Source: Dehalococcoidia bacterium
Lineage (GTDB): Bacteria > Chloroflexota > Dehalococcoidia > Lucifugimonadales > UBA2985
NCBI GenBank assembly: GCA_965204895.1
Contig: OZ242025.1
Location: 833,621 to 897,620 of the forward strand
Direction: 5' to 3'
Length of the DNA stretch: 64,000 nucleotides
The position numbers and the translations under genes are program-made. This document shows, piece after piece, positions 1 to 9,757 of the stretch. Below the pieces are notes generated by a model. That model was not told where the DNA came from and searched no databases. It saw only the letters and a program-made list of their open reading frames with translations. Each line of letters starts with the position of its first letter. The stretch's first letter is position 1.

Positions 1-797
1 CACATGCGGTACAGATCCCTGCGAGACATCCCCGTCTCCGCCGCCACCAGCGCCCTCGCCTCCCTGCCGGAGACGCCCCGGGCCAGCAGAGAGCGCAGCA
101 TCTCCTCCGCGTCTTCCGGGGATGGCGTCTCATCCGACGGCTCCCAGCCCACAACCAGCGTGAACTCCCCCCGTGGCCGTTCGAAGTGCGCCAGAGCTTC
201 AGACACGCGGCCGCGGAAGACCTCCTCGTGGAGCTTGGTCGCCTCCCTGAGCACGGTCAAGGGCCGGTCTCCTAGAACCTCTCTCACGTCGGCAAGGGAG
301 CGCTGTATGCGGTGCGGCGCCTCGAAGATGACCAGGGTAAAGGGCATGGCCACCACCGACCGCAGCAGCGCCTGCCGCTCGCCTTTGGCGCGGGGCAGGA
401 AGCCCAGGAACAGGAAGCGGTCGGCGGGGACGCCGGACACGGCCAGGGCCGCGGCCACCGCGGACGGCCCGGGAACGGAGACCACCGGGAAGCCCGCGGC
501 CGATGCCGCCGCAACCAGCTCAAGCCCGGGGTCGCTGATGGCGGGCGTGCCCGCCTCCGACACCAGGGCCACGTCCCCCTGCTCCAACGCCTGGAGAATC
601 TGGGGCAGCTTCTGGCCCTTGTTGTGGTCGTAGTAGCTGGTGAGGGGCGTGTGGATGCCGTAGTAGGAGAGGAGCTTGCGGGTGGTGCGGGTGTCCTCGG
701 CGGCGATGAGGGTGACCTCCCGCAGGACGCGCAGACCCCTCAGGGTCATGTCCTCCAGATTGCCTATGGGAGTGGCCACCACGTACAGAGTGGGCAT
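1..797 (-). CDS. rsmI: 16S rRNA 2'-O-ribose C1402 methyltransferase RsmI (C-terminus beyond left window edge)
   Basis: Reverse complement from ATG(797) reads [43 protein letters not shown]...[12 protein letters not shown]...GPSAV...FEAPHR, the RsmI signature. There is no stop inside the window, so it is absent from the ORF track. The + strand ORFs 4..633 and 312..869 are shadows. Confidence 0.9.
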   Translation of the reverse strand, partial: MPTLYVVATPIGNLEDMTLRGLRVLREVTLIAAEDTRTTRKLLSYYGIHTPLTSYYDHNKGQKLPQILQALEQGDVALVSEAGTPAISDPGLELVAAASAAGFPVVSVPGPSAVAAALAVSGVPADRFLFLGFLPRAKGERQALLRSVVAMPFTLVIFEAPHRIQRSLADVREVLGDRPLTVLREATKLHEEVFRGRVSEALAHFERPRGEFTLVVGWEPSDETPSPEDAEEMLRSLLARGVSGREARALVAAETGMSRRDLYRM

Positions 798-928
798 TGG
801 GTCAGGGGCCTCCGTCTCAAGTCAGGTGCTGGCGCATGTCCGCGCAATCAGAGTATACCAGTGGAATAGGCGTTGGGGTCAGAGGGAGAGGCGAACAACC
901 TCTCAATGTCACTCTCCCGAGAAGCCTA

Positions 929-947
929 CCCCGTACCTGATACGGGG
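929..947. repeat. REP-like palindromic hairpin, class B (ccccgtacYtgatacgggg)
   Basis: 7-bp inverted repeat ccccgta/tacgggg around a 5-nt loop. The same unit recurs at 42707-42725 and 55846-55864. Confidence 0.7.
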
Positions 948-975
948 TCGGGAGTCCATACACCACATCCCCTGG

Positions 976-995
976 ATGCCTGCCTCCGCAGGCAT
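976..995. repeat. REP-like palindromic hairpin, class A variant (atgcctgc-ctcc-gcaggcat)
   Basis: 8-bp inverted repeat with a 4-nt loop, flanked by gg...gacgg as in the other class A copies. Translating it gives the spurious peptide WMPASAGMT. Confidence 0.65.
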
Positions 996-1107
996 GACGG
1001 AAACGGTCATCTACACAGACGCGGCAGGCCCTCAAACGCTCTGCCTGGGAAGATGCTATACTGGAATCAGTCCCCCCTGCCCTACCCACACACCACCGCC
1101 CACTCAC

Positions 1108-1401
1108 ATGAACATCGGAGTTTGCCGCATAGAGCTGGATCTTCCCGCCAGCCACTCGCTGAAGGACAAGCGCAAGGTGGTCCGCTCCATCGTCGACAGG
1201 GTGCGCAGCCGGTTCAACGTCGCCATCGCGGAGGTCGACAGCACAGAGAGTTGGAAGACGGCCACCCTGGGCATAACCTGCGTCAGCAACGACGGCCGCC
1301 ACGCCAACGAGATGCTCTCCAAGGTGGTGCAGTTCATCGAGGGGTGCCGGGAGGAGGCCGTCCTGGCCAACTACGACGTTGAGATGCTCACCGGGATGTA
1401 G
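1108..1401 (+). CDS. DUF503 family protein (YlxP-like)
   Basis: MNIGVCRIELDLPASHSLKDKRKVVRSIVDRVRSRFNVAIAEVD... matches the DUF503 pattern. The internal ATG at 1108 of ORF 676..1401 was chosen because the upstream part of that ORF covers REP hairpins. Confidence 0.7.
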   Translation: MNIGVCRIELDLPASHSLKDKRKVVRSIVDRVRSRFNVAIAEVDSTESWKTATLGITCVSNDGRHANEMLSKVVQFIEGCREEAVLANYDVEMLTGM

Positions 1402-1415
1402 GCCTCCGGCCTGCC

Positions 1416-3248
1416 CTACCGCTCAATCTTGAGAAGGGCCAGAAACGCCTCCTGGGGGATGTCCACGTTGCCCACCCGCTTCATCCGCTTCTTGCCCTCC
1501 GCCTGCTTCTCCAGCAGCTTCCTCTTGCGGGTCACGTCGCCGCCGTAGCACTTCGCCAGCACGTTCTTCCTCAGCGCGCTGATGGTCTCCCGTGCGATGA
1601 TGCGGTTCCCTATCGCCGCCTGTATGGGCACCTCAAACAGCTGGCGGGGTATCAGCGTCTTCAGCTTCTCCACCAGCGACTTGCCCTGGTAGTAGGCCTT
1701 GTCGCGATGCGTTATGAGCGACAGCGCGTCGACGGGCTGGTTGTTGACCAGCAGGTCCAGCTTTACCAGAGGCGCAGCCCGATACCCGGCCAGGGAGTAG
1801 TCCATTGAGGCGTACCCCTGAGTGCGTGACTTCAGGTGGTCGTAAAAGTCGACAAGCACCTCGGCCAGGGGCACCTGGTACTCCAGCAGCGCCCTCGCCT
1901 CCGACGACTGGCTGCCCTGATCGCCATCCGGCACCGCGCCCTGCAGGTACTCCATCCGCGTGAACTCCCCCCGGCGAGCCGAGACCAGCTCCATCACCGT
2001 GCCTATGTGCCTTGCGGGGGTCACAATGCTCAGGGAGAGGAGCGGTTCCCTCATCTCCACGATCCTTTGGGCCGCCGGCAGTTTGGCCGGGCTCTCAACC
2101 TCCAGCTCCGTGCCATCGTCCAGCGCCGTCTGATACGCGACACCCGGCGCGGTGACCAGCAGGTTCAGTCCGTACTCCCTCTCCAGCCGCTCCTGCACCA
2201 CCTCCATGTGGAGCAGTCCCAGGAACCCGCACCGGAACCCGAAGCCCAGGGCCGCGCTGGTCTCCGGCTCGTAGCTCAGGGCGGCGTCGCTCAGTTGCAG
2301 CTTCTCCAGGGCGACGCGCAGCGCCAGGTAGTCCTCGCCCTCCGCCGGGTACAGGCCGGCGAAGACCATGGGCTTAAGGGCCTGGTAGCCCGGCAGAGGC
2401 TCGGCGGTGGGCTTCCTCGCCAGCGTGATGGTGTCCCCGACCCGGCACTCCCGCACGTTCTTCAGGCCCGTGGCAATGTAGCCCACCTCGCCGGCGTGAA
2501 GGCTCTGCACCTGGGTCAGCTGCGGGTGGAACACCCCCACCTCCAGCACGTCGCCAACGGAGCCGGTGGACATCATCACCACCTCGGTGGCTTTGCTGAT
2601 GGAGCCTCCGAACAGGCGCACGTAGGCCACCACGCCCTTGTATGGGTCGTAGGCTGAGTCGAAAATCAGCGCCTTCAGGGAATCGGAGTGGCTCTTGGGA
2701 GGCGGCACCCGCTCCACGATGGTCTCCAGAAGCTCACCAACGCCCCGGCCGTCCTTGGCGGAGACGAATATCATCTCCTCCTCCATGAACCCGAAGGCCT
2801 GCTGAAGCTCCTCGGACACCGCCTGGGGGTGGGCCACCGGCAGGTCTATCTTGTTAATCACGGGGATGATGGTCAGGTCGTGCTCCAGGGCCAGGTACAC
2901 GTTGGCGAGGGTCTGCGCCTGTATGCCCTGGGTGGCGTCAACCACCAGGAGCGCGCCTTCGCAGGCGGCCAGGGCCCGCGACACCTCGTAGCCAAAGTCC
3001 ACGTGACCCGGCGTATCGATGAGGTTGAGCTGGTAGTCGCCGTCACCGTTGGCGTAGGTCATTCGCACGGCCTTGCCCTTGATGGTAATGCCGCGTTCAC
3101 GCTCCAGGTCCATCTGGTCCATGAACTGCTCCTGCATCTCGCGGGAGCTGACCGTGCCCGTAAGCTCCAGGATGCGGTCCGCCAGAGTGGACTTGCCGTG
3201 GTCTATGTGGGCGATTATGCAGAAGTTGCGAATTCGGGTGGCGTCCAT
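1416..3248 (-). CDS. lepA: Translation elongation factor 4 (LepA)
   Basis: 610 aa. N-terminus [23 protein letters not shown], then [11 protein letters not shown] and [11 protein letters not shown] (GTPase G1-G3), and the C-terminal LepA tail [12 protein letters not shown]. Confidence 0.97.
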   Translation of the reverse strand: MDATRIRNFCIIAHIDHGKSTLADRILELTGTVSSREMQEQFMDQMDLERERGITIKGKAVRMTYANGDGDYQLNLIDTPGHVDFGYEVSRALAACEGALLVVDATQGIQAQTLANVYLALEHDLTIIPVINKIDLPVAHPQAVSEELQQAFGFMEEEMIFVSAKDGRGVGELLETIVERVPPPKSHSDSLKALIFDSAYDPYKGVVAYVRLFGGSISKATEVVMMSTGSVGDVLEVGVFHPQLTQVQSLHAGEVGYIATGLKNVRECRVGDTITLARKPTAEPLPGYQALKPMVFAGLYPAEGEDYLALRVALEKLQLSDAALSYEPETSAALGFGFRCGFLGLLHMEVVQERLEREYGLNLLVTAPGVAYQTALDDGTELEVESPAKLPAAQRIVEMREPLLSLSIVTPARHIGTVMELVSARRGEFTRMEYLQGAVPDGDQGSQSSEARALLEYQVPLAEVLVDFYDHLKSRTQGYASMDYSLAGYRAAPLVKLDLLVNNQPVDALSLITHRDKAYYQGKSLVEKLKTLIPRQLFEVPIQAAIGNRIIARETISALRKNVLAKCYGGDVTRKRKLLEKQAEGKKRMKRVGNVDIPQEAFLALLKIER

Positions 3249-3369
3249 ATCAAGGCCATAGTAGCATAGCGGTGGTATACCCTCAAGGCGGCCCGCCCTT
3301 ACAAGAGATGCAAGTAGGGGCGGTTCGCGAACCGCCCCTACTCTGGCCTCTGGTCTTAGAATCTAGCGC

Positions 3370-4404
3370 TTACACGCGGATGCAGGAGACCCAGTGCTCC
3401 GGCGACACTTCACGCAACTCCGGCACGCCCCGCTCGTTGGTGAGGCCCGCCGACTCGACGCCCATGCAGTCGTCTATGGCGATGGGGCACCTGGGGTGGA
3501 ACACGCACCCGGCCGGTGGCCGCAGAGGGCTGGGCACGTCGCCCGTCAGCACGATGCGCTCCCGGGTCGCCTCCACAACGGGGTCTGGAATGGGCACAGC
3601 GGAGAGAAGCGCCTTGGTGTAGGGGTGCAGTGGGTTCTCGTACAGCTCGTACCTGTCGGCGATCTCGGCAATCTTGCCAAGGTACATCACCACGATGCGG
3701 TCGCTGATGTGCCGCACGACGGAGAGGTCGTGGGCCACGAAAAGGTACGTCAGGTCGAACTCCTGCTGGAGCTCCTCCAGGAGGTTGATGAGCTGGGCCT
3801 GAATGGACACGTCCAAAGCTGACACCGGCTCGTCGCAGGCGATGAAGCTGGGCCTAACGGCGAGGGCCCGGGCCACTCCGATGCGCTGCCTCTGGCCTCC
3901 GCTGAACTCGTGGGGGAACCTGGCCGCCATGTGGGGGTTCAGGCCCACAACGCTGAGAAGCTCCGCAACCTGGTCCCTGTACTCGTTGCGGCTCCGGGTG
4001 ATCTTGTGCACCACCAGCGGCTCGCCAATGATGTTTCCGGCGTTCATCCGGGGGTTCAGAGAACCGTACGGGTCTTGGAAAATCATCTGCATCTTGCGGC
4101 GGGCCTGTCTCAGCTCCCTGCCCTTCAGTTCTGAAAGGTTCTGCCCCTCAAACATGACCTGTCCGGAGGTGGGCTGGTATATTTGGCCCAAGTGCAAGAT
4201 GGTGCGGGCGGCGGTGGTCTTTCCGCAGCCGCTCTCACCCACCATACCCAGGGTCTCACCCCTGCGGATGAAGAAGCTGATGTCGTCCACCGCCTTAACG
4301 TCGGCTACGTGCTTCTGAAATACTATGCCCCTGGTTACGGGGAAGTACTTGACCAGATTCTTGACGTCCAGAAGGATCTCGCCCTGTTGCTTTTGCTCTG
4401 TCAT
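3370..4404 (-). CDS. Oligopeptide/dipeptide ABC transporter ATP-binding protein (OppF/DppF type)
   Basis: Walker [10 protein letters not shown], signature FSGGQRQR, and the C-terminal Cys-rich oligopeptide-ABC domain (GCVFHPRCP). The start was moved to the MTEQKQQ ATG at 4404, which overlaps the upstream stop as TAATG. Confidence 0.85.
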   Translation of the reverse strand: MTEQKQQGEILLDVKNLVKYFPVTRGIVFQKHVADVKAVDDISFFIRRGETLGMVGESGCGKTTAARTILHLGQIYQPTSGQVMFEGQNLSELKGRELRQARRKMQMIFQDPYGSLNPRMNAGNIIGEPLVVHKITRSRNEYRDQVAELLSVVGLNPHMAARFPHEFSGGQRQRIGVARALAVRPSFIACDEPVSALDVSIQAQLINLLEELQQEFDLTYLFVAHDLSVVRHISDRIVVMYLGKIAEIADRYELYENPLHPYTKALLSAVPIPDPVVEATRERIVLTGDVPSPLRPPAGCVFHPRCPIAIDDCMGVESAGLTNERGVPELREVSPEHWVSCIRV

Positions 4405-5393
4405 TACCTTCTCTCCCCGATACCGAGTTGGTCTGAAACCCAACAAGCCGCCGTGTGGCCCTCGGCCACCTCTCGCAGCGGCGGATACTCCACGGCGCAC
4501 CTGTCGATTGCGTACCTGCATCGAGGCCTGAATGAGCAACCCGCCGGCAGTCCAATGAGGTCCGGCGGGGACCCCTCGATGGGGTCCAGCTGCTCCTTGC
4601 GGGGCTCGTCCAGCCGCGGCACCGAGTTCAGCAGGCCGATGGTGTAGGGGTGCCGCGGGTTGGTGTATATCTCCCGGGCGGTGCCCCTCTCGATGATCTT
4701 GCCGGCGTACATGACGTTCACGCGGTCGGCGTATCGGGCCACCACTCCCAGGTTGTGAGTGATGATAAGCACTGCGGTCCCCGTCTCCCGCCCCAGCCTC
4801 CTGACCAACTCCAGAATCTGGGCCTGAATGGTCACGTCCAGAGCCGTGGTTGGCTCGTCGGCTATGAGCATCTTGGGGTCGCAGCTGAGGGCCATTGCAA
4901 TCATAACCCTCTGGCGCATACCGCCGCTGAACTGGTGGGGATAGTCCCTGAGGCGTCCCCTGCCCTCCGGTATGCCCACCATCTCAAGAAGATCGCCGGC
5001 CCGGTCGTTGGCAGCGGCCTGGTCCAGACCAAGGTGCAGCATCAGGGCCTCCGTCAGCTGCTTGCCGATGGTGAGCACGGGGTTCAGCGATGTCATGGGC
5101 TCCTGGAAGATCATCGCCATGTCCTTGCCCCGAATGCGCCTCATCTCTGAGTCGTCCAGGGCCAGCAGGTCCTGGCCGTTGAAGTTGACCTCACCGGCAA
5201 CGGTCCTGCCGGGCCTCTGGATGAGACGCATAATGGAAAGGGCGCTGACGCTCTTCCCGCAGCCGCTCTCACCCACCAGCCCCAGGGTCTCCCCCTCCTC
5301 CAGGTCATAGGTGATGTTGTCTACTGCCTTTACCACTCCTTCAGGAGTGAAGAAGTAGGTCGATAGGTCCTTTACCTCCAGCAGATTGGCCAC
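4404..5393 (-). CDS. Oligopeptide/dipeptide ABC transporter ATP-binding protein (OppD/DppD type)
   Basis: Walker A GESGCGKS, signature FSGGMRQR, C-terminal [11 protein letters not shown] motif. Translationally coupled to the downstream ATPase. Confidence 0.9.
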   Translation of the reverse strand: MANLLEVKDLSTYFFTPEGVVKAVDNITYDLEEGETLGLVGESGCGKSVSALSIMRLIQRPGRTVAGEVNFNGQDLLALDDSEMRRIRGKDMAMIFQEPMTSLNPVLTIGKQLTEALMLHLGLDQAAANDRAGDLLEMVGIPEGRGRLRDYPHQFSGGMRQRVMIAMALSCDPKMLIADEPTTALDVTIQAQILELVRRLGRETGTAVLIITHNLGVVARYADRVNVMYAGKIIERGTAREIYTNPRHPYTIGLLNSVPRLDEPRKEQLDPIEGSPPDLIGLPAGCSFRPRCRYAIDRCAVEYPPLREVAEGHTAACWVSDQLGIGERR

Positions 5394-5509
5394 TATTCCC
5401 TCCTGATTTACCGTGAATCTTTATCCCCTTATTCACAGTAACCTTGAGTTGTGAGATCCCCTATCTTTACCCTCTGTATCTCCTGGCAGGAGTCCTCATC
5501 CCTTGCTCC

Positions 5510-5591
5510 TGGGGAAGAGGAGACTCGAACTCCTACGCCCTTAGGCACATGATCCTAAGTCATGCTCGTCTGCCAATTCCGACACTTCCCC
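5510..5591 (-). tRNA. tRNA-Leu (anticodon TAG)
   Basis: The reverse complement folds as GGGGAAG acceptor, anticodon stem CATGA/TCATG with loop CTTAGGA, long variable arm, T-arm AGGAG-TTCGAGT-CTCCT. No CCA is encoded. Confidence 0.85.
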
Positions 5592-5604
5592 ACCTATCCG
5601 GCTC

Positions 5605-5677
<73 letters not shown>

Positions 5678-5912
5678 TAACTTGGGTCTCGTGGAAACCA
5701 CGAAATTATCGGCGAATTTATCACGGAATGCACTATCTGTCAAGCATTTCCACGTTGGGCGGGTAGTTTAGCTGCCATCTATCCCGTATGCAAGCGGGTT
5801 TCCATCATACACCGCTAGCCTCCTGATTACGAAAACGTATGAATGAAGGTTGGCTTAACTTGCAATCCAGAGAAGTACAAATTAGCAATTGGGTGAAAGC
5901 CGCGCTCGCGTA

Positions 5913-8900
5913 TCAGGAAGTCGTAGTCTCAGCGCGCCCTACCCTTGCGATGCGCCCCAGCCAGCGCGGCACGGTCTCGTTGAAGATGGAGTAGACTATG
6001 GGCACCACAACCAGGGTCAGTACGGTTGAGCTGAAGAGGCCGCCGATTACCACGGTCGCCAGCTCCGCGCTTATGATGCCGCCTTCTTCGTCGCTGATGG
6101 CCGCCAGGGGCAGCAGCGCAAAGCTGGTGGTCAGCGCCGTCATTAGAATGGGGCGCAGCCGGACGCGGCCCCCGGTAATCAGCGCATCGTATACCGAGCG
6201 CCCACCCTGACGCAGCTGCTCCACAAAGGCTATCAGCACAATGGCGTTGGTCACCACGATGCCAATGAGCAGCAGGATGCCCATCATCGCCGACAGGCTG
6301 AGGGTTCGGTCCGTTAAGGCCAACGCCGCGAGCGCGCCTATCAGCGCCAGGGGCAGGCTGGTTATGATGACCAGGGGGTTCCGCAGGGAGCCCAGGCTGG
6401 CCACCATAACAAGGTAGACCAGCACTATGCCCACCGCCATTGAAATCAGGATGGCCCGCATCCCCTCCGCTATGTCCCCAAAGATGCCTCCGCTGCTGAC
6501 GCTCACTCCCGGGGGCAGCGCCAGGGACGCGATCTTCTCGTCCACCAGGAGGCCTATGGCCTGGGTGTCCTCCCCGGAAAGGTCGCCCGTTATGGTGGCC
6601 GACCGCACGCCGTCGGTGCGGCTGATGGTGACAGGCCCCTTCTTGACCACAACCTCCGCCAGCTCCTCCAGGGGCGCCGCTCCGCCCGGACCGGCTATGA
6701 CCAGCTTCTTGACCTGCTCAATGCCGCCTGCGGCCTGCCGGTTTCCTGCCAGCACAACGTCTGCGCTCTCGCCGTCGATGACGATGCTGCTGACGGTCCG
6801 ACCCGTCAGATACTGGCTCAGTTGAATGCCGACCTGTCTGGTGGTCAGGCCGATTGCGCCGGCCCTGGACGGGTCGACCTGGATGGACACCTCGTCCCGC
6901 GCCTGGGCCACGTCGCTCTCAAGGTTGACCACCCCCTCAACGGACGAGATGGCCTCCACAAGCTGGCTGGACGCCAGCGCGATGTCGTCGTAGTTTGAGC
7001 CGGTGACGCTGATCTCCACGCCGCTTGTGGGAGGCCCGGCGGTTATCTCCGTGATCCTGACAGTTCTGCCCGGCTTGTCCAACTCCTCCCTGAGAGTGGT
7101 GGCAATGTCTTCGGGCGCGCCCGATGGCAGATTGACCAGGAGGCTTGCGTTGTTCTGCCCTCCGGGTGCGCCTCCAAACTGCAAATTGGTCTGGCCCACT
7201 GTGGCAATGTACAGGTCCGAAATCTCGTCTATCCGCGCCTCTATCTCCTCCACCTCCTCCAGCGTACTGCCCAGGGGCGTGCCGGGAGGCAGGGCGACCT
7301 CTATCTGGAGCGACCGCTCTCCGCCGGTTGGGAAGAAGGTCACCGGGATGACGGCCAGCAGCCCCAGGCTGCCAACGGTTACCACAAAGACCGCCGCCAG
7401 AGTGATGACCTTGTGTCCAAGGGACCACCTGAGAATGGGCGTGTACACGCGCTGCAACCACGTCTCCTGGCCCAGCACCTCTTCGCCCTCGGCTACGACC
7501 TCTTCCGGCAGGTCGCCCGGCCTCAGCAGGTATGCGCCCAGCACGGGCACGGCGGTCAGGGCGACGACCAGTGACGCCAGAAGCGCAAAGGTGACGGTGA
7601 GCGCAAAGGGCTCGAAGAAGGACCCGACAAGGCCCTCGATGAAGGCCAGGGGCAGGAACACCACCACCGTCGTCATAGTGGATGCGAAGATGGCCGGGCC
7701 GACCTCCGTCGTAGCGTCCAGGGCCGCGCGCCACCGGTCGCGACCGGCCTGGATGTGGCGGTACACGTTCTCCAGCACCACTATGGCGTCGTCCACCACG
7801 CGCCCAACGGATATGGCCAGGCCTCCCAGGGTCATGAAGTTGAGGGTCAGGTCCTGCCACGCCAGGAGCAGCACGCCGGTGAAGACGCTCAGGGGAATGG
7901 ACAGCCCTATAACTACGGTTGGGCGGACCGTGTTGAACATCCCGCGAACGAATGTGGGCCTTATGGTGAACATGAAGGCGAACACAACGGTCACGGCAAA
8001 GAGGAATCCGAATATCCCCTCCCGCCGCAGCTTGTCAATCTGGGCCTGAATCTCCGGCCCCTGGTCGGAAACCACCACCAGCTCAACGTCCGGCGGCAGC
8101 TCCGTTAGGCCGTCCAGCGCTTCCCGCACGCCGTCGGACACCTCAACGGTGTTGGCGTCTGCCTCCTTGAGAATGGACACGCTGATGCTGGACTTGCCGT
8201 TTGTGCGGGAGACGGAGGTGGTCGTGCCCGGACCCAGTCGAACGTCCGCCACATCCTTGAGACGCACGGGGCCCGTCTCCGAAGCGCCGACTATCAGCTC
8301 AGCGATCTCCTCCACGGAGCCAAAGGCGTGAGTGGTCTTGGCCGGAACGGCCTGCCCGCTCTCGAAGATGAGGCCGGCTGGTATGCTCAGGTTGTTCTCC
8401 GTGAGGGCCGAGGAGACCTGGAACAGGGATACGCCGTTGGCCTGCAGCCTCTCGGGGTCCACGGATATGTTGACGCGCCGCTCCACCTCTCCCGTGACCT
8501 GGATATCCAGGATGCCGTCCACCTCCGAGATGGCCGGGAGTATCTGCGACTGGACTATGCGCCTGGTGTCGGCGGCGTCCCGGTCGGAGATGGCGCTGAA
8601 CTGGACAATTGGGAACTGGTCCGGCCTGAAGCGGCCCACGTTTGGACGCTCAACGCCCGCCGGAAAGTTCAGGGCGGAAACGGCGGCTTCCACGTCGCTC
8701 TCGGCTGCGGCCATGTCCGTCCCGAACTTGAAGGTGGCCAGGACAATGGAGTTGCCCTCAAAGCTGGTGGACTGAATCGTCTCCAGACCCTGCATCCCGT
8801 CGATGACCGACTCCACGGGATCGGTGACGTCCCGCACCACCGCTTCAGGGTTGGCGGAGGGGTACGATGTGGTTACCGTGACCAGCGGAAACTCGATGTC

Positions 8901-9017
8901 CGGGAACAGGTCTACGCGCAGGGTGTTGTACGCCGTAACGCCCGATATAAGAAGGAGGAAAATCGCCAGAAGTGTGACCGACCTCTTGCTGATGGCCGCG
9001 CCGGTAATGAATCGCAT
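5913..9017 (-). CDS. RND-family efflux transporter permease (AcrB/HAE type)
   Basis: 1034 aa with 12-TM RND topology. N-terminus RSVTLLAIFLLLISGVTAYNTLRVDLFPDIEFPLVTVTTSYPSANPEAVV and an internal duplicated module. No adjacent membrane-fusion or outer-membrane partner gene. Confidence 0.9.
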   Translation of the reverse strand: MRFITGAAISKRSVTLLAIFLLLISGVTAYNTLRVDLFPDIEFPLVTVTTSYPSANPEAVVRDVTDPVESVIDGMQGLETIQSTSFEGNSIVLATFKFGTDMAAAESDVEAAVSALNFPAGVERPNVGRFRPDQFPIVQFSAISDRDAADTRRIVQSQILPAISEVDGILDIQVTGEVERRVNISVDPERLQANGVSLFQVSSALTENNLSIPAGLIFESGQAVPAKTTHAFGSVEEIAELIVGASETGPVRLKDVADVRLGPGTTTSVSRTNGKSSISVSILKEADANTVEVSDGVREALDGLTELPPDVELVVVSDQGPEIQAQIDKLRREGIFGFLFAVTVVFAFMFTIRPTFVRGMFNTVRPTVVIGLSIPLSVFTGVLLLAWQDLTLNFMTLGGLAISVGRVVDDAIVVLENVYRHIQAGRDRWRAALDATTEVGPAIFASTMTTVVVFLPLAFIEGLVGSFFEPFALTVTFALLASLVVALTAVPVLGAYLLRPGDLPEEVVAEGEEVLGQETWLQRVYTPILRWSLGHKVITLAAVFVVTVGSLGLLAVIPVTFFPTGGERSLQIEVALPPGTPLGSTLEEVEEIEARIDEISDLYIATVGQTNLQFGGAPGGQNNASLLVNLPSGAPEDIATTLREELDKPGRTVRITEITAGPPTSGVEISVTGSNYDDIALASSQLVEAISSVEGVVNLESDVAQARDEVSIQVDPSRAGAIGLTTRQVGIQLSQYLTGRTVSSIVIDGESADVVLAGNRQAAGGIEQVKKLVIAGPGGAAPLEELAEVVVKKGPVTISRTDGVRSATITGDLSGEDTQAIGLLVDEKIASLALPPGVSVSSGGIFGDIAEGMRAILISMAVGIVLVYLVMVASLGSLRNPLVIITSLPLALIGALAALALTDRTLSLSAMMGILLLIGIVVTNAIVLIAFVEQLRQGGRSVYDALITGGRVRLRPILMTALTTSFALLPLAAISDEEGGIISAELATVVIGGLFSSTVLTLVVVPIVYSIFNETVPRWLGRIARVGRAETTTS

Positions 9018-9148
9018 TCTCTACTCCGCTCCGTATAGTGGTATTGAATTGTGAAGAAATTATCAAGGCTTGCGCCATAAAATAACCCCCTCCCGTGGAG
9101 GGGGGCTTGCCGCCGCCAGGTTCTCTTCTCTGCACGTTCCTTGTCATC

Positions 9149-9222
9149 TGGCTGCCGAGCCTGGATTCGAACCAGGATTACCTGATCCAGAGTCAGGCGT
9201 GCTACCATTACACCACTCGGCA
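9149..9222 (-). tRNA. tRNA-Gln (anticodon CTG), CCA encoded
   Basis: The reverse complement is TGCCGAG-TG-GTGT-AATGGTA-GCAC, anticodon stem CCTGA/TCAGG with loop CTCTGGA, T-arm CCTGG-TTCGAAT-CCAGG, then CTCGGCA-G-CCA. Confidence 0.85.
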
Positions 9223-9427
9223 ATTCAGGCCAGTCTTTCTAGTGTAATACTTCCCCCGATTGCCGGTCAAACTTCTCGCCAAATTTGCCCGGTGGACGAC
9301 TCAGGTCTGTTGTGACTATTAACAGTCATCAGCGTTAGCGGGTTTGACCGGAATGATCCGCTTTAGAAATGTCCATCAGTGTGATACGATTTATACCTAA
9401 GGGACTAAGCAGCCGTAGGAGGTTACT

Positions 9428-9676
9428 ATGGCTAGTGTTCTCAAGAGAGAATTTGACTTCTATCGCGCCAACCAGGATGAGATGGTTTCCAAGTACGACG
9501 GAAAAGTCATCGCAATCAAGGACGGAGAGGTGCTTGGCGTCTTTGAGAGTGACCTTGCTGCTGTCACCGAAGTCCAGAAGACCCACCCCTTGGGCACATT
9601 CCTAGTTCAGAGGGTAAGCGCAGGGGAGGAGGCGTACACCATGACTATCAACTCTCCCGGCGTGGTGGCCTCATAG
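9428..9676 (+). CDS. Small conserved protein (82 aa, possibly DUF5678-like), paralogue of 27897..28136
   Basis: AGGAGG lies 6 nt upstream of the ATG. It shares EFDFY...KYDGK.I.IK..EV.G......A......KTH..GTFL.Q with the second copy in the window. Confidence 0.6.
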   Translation: MASVLKREFDFYRANQDEMVSKYDGKVIAIKDGEVLGVFESDLAAVTEVQKTHPLGTFLVQRVSAGEEAYTMTINSPGVVAS

Positions 9677-9757
9677 CCCAGCAGCAAACCCCTCGCAGCT
9701 TCACCAAGACTGCCACGGCTGGCTTTCCAAATAAGGCAAAGTTAGGGCATCACTTCC

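Noticed and set aside
4-869. Plus-strand ORFs 4..633 and 312..869 at the left edge.
   Set aside because: The minus strand over the same interval encodes an unmistakable RsmI N-terminal and central region. The plus-strand products are Arg/Ser/Gly-rich shadows.
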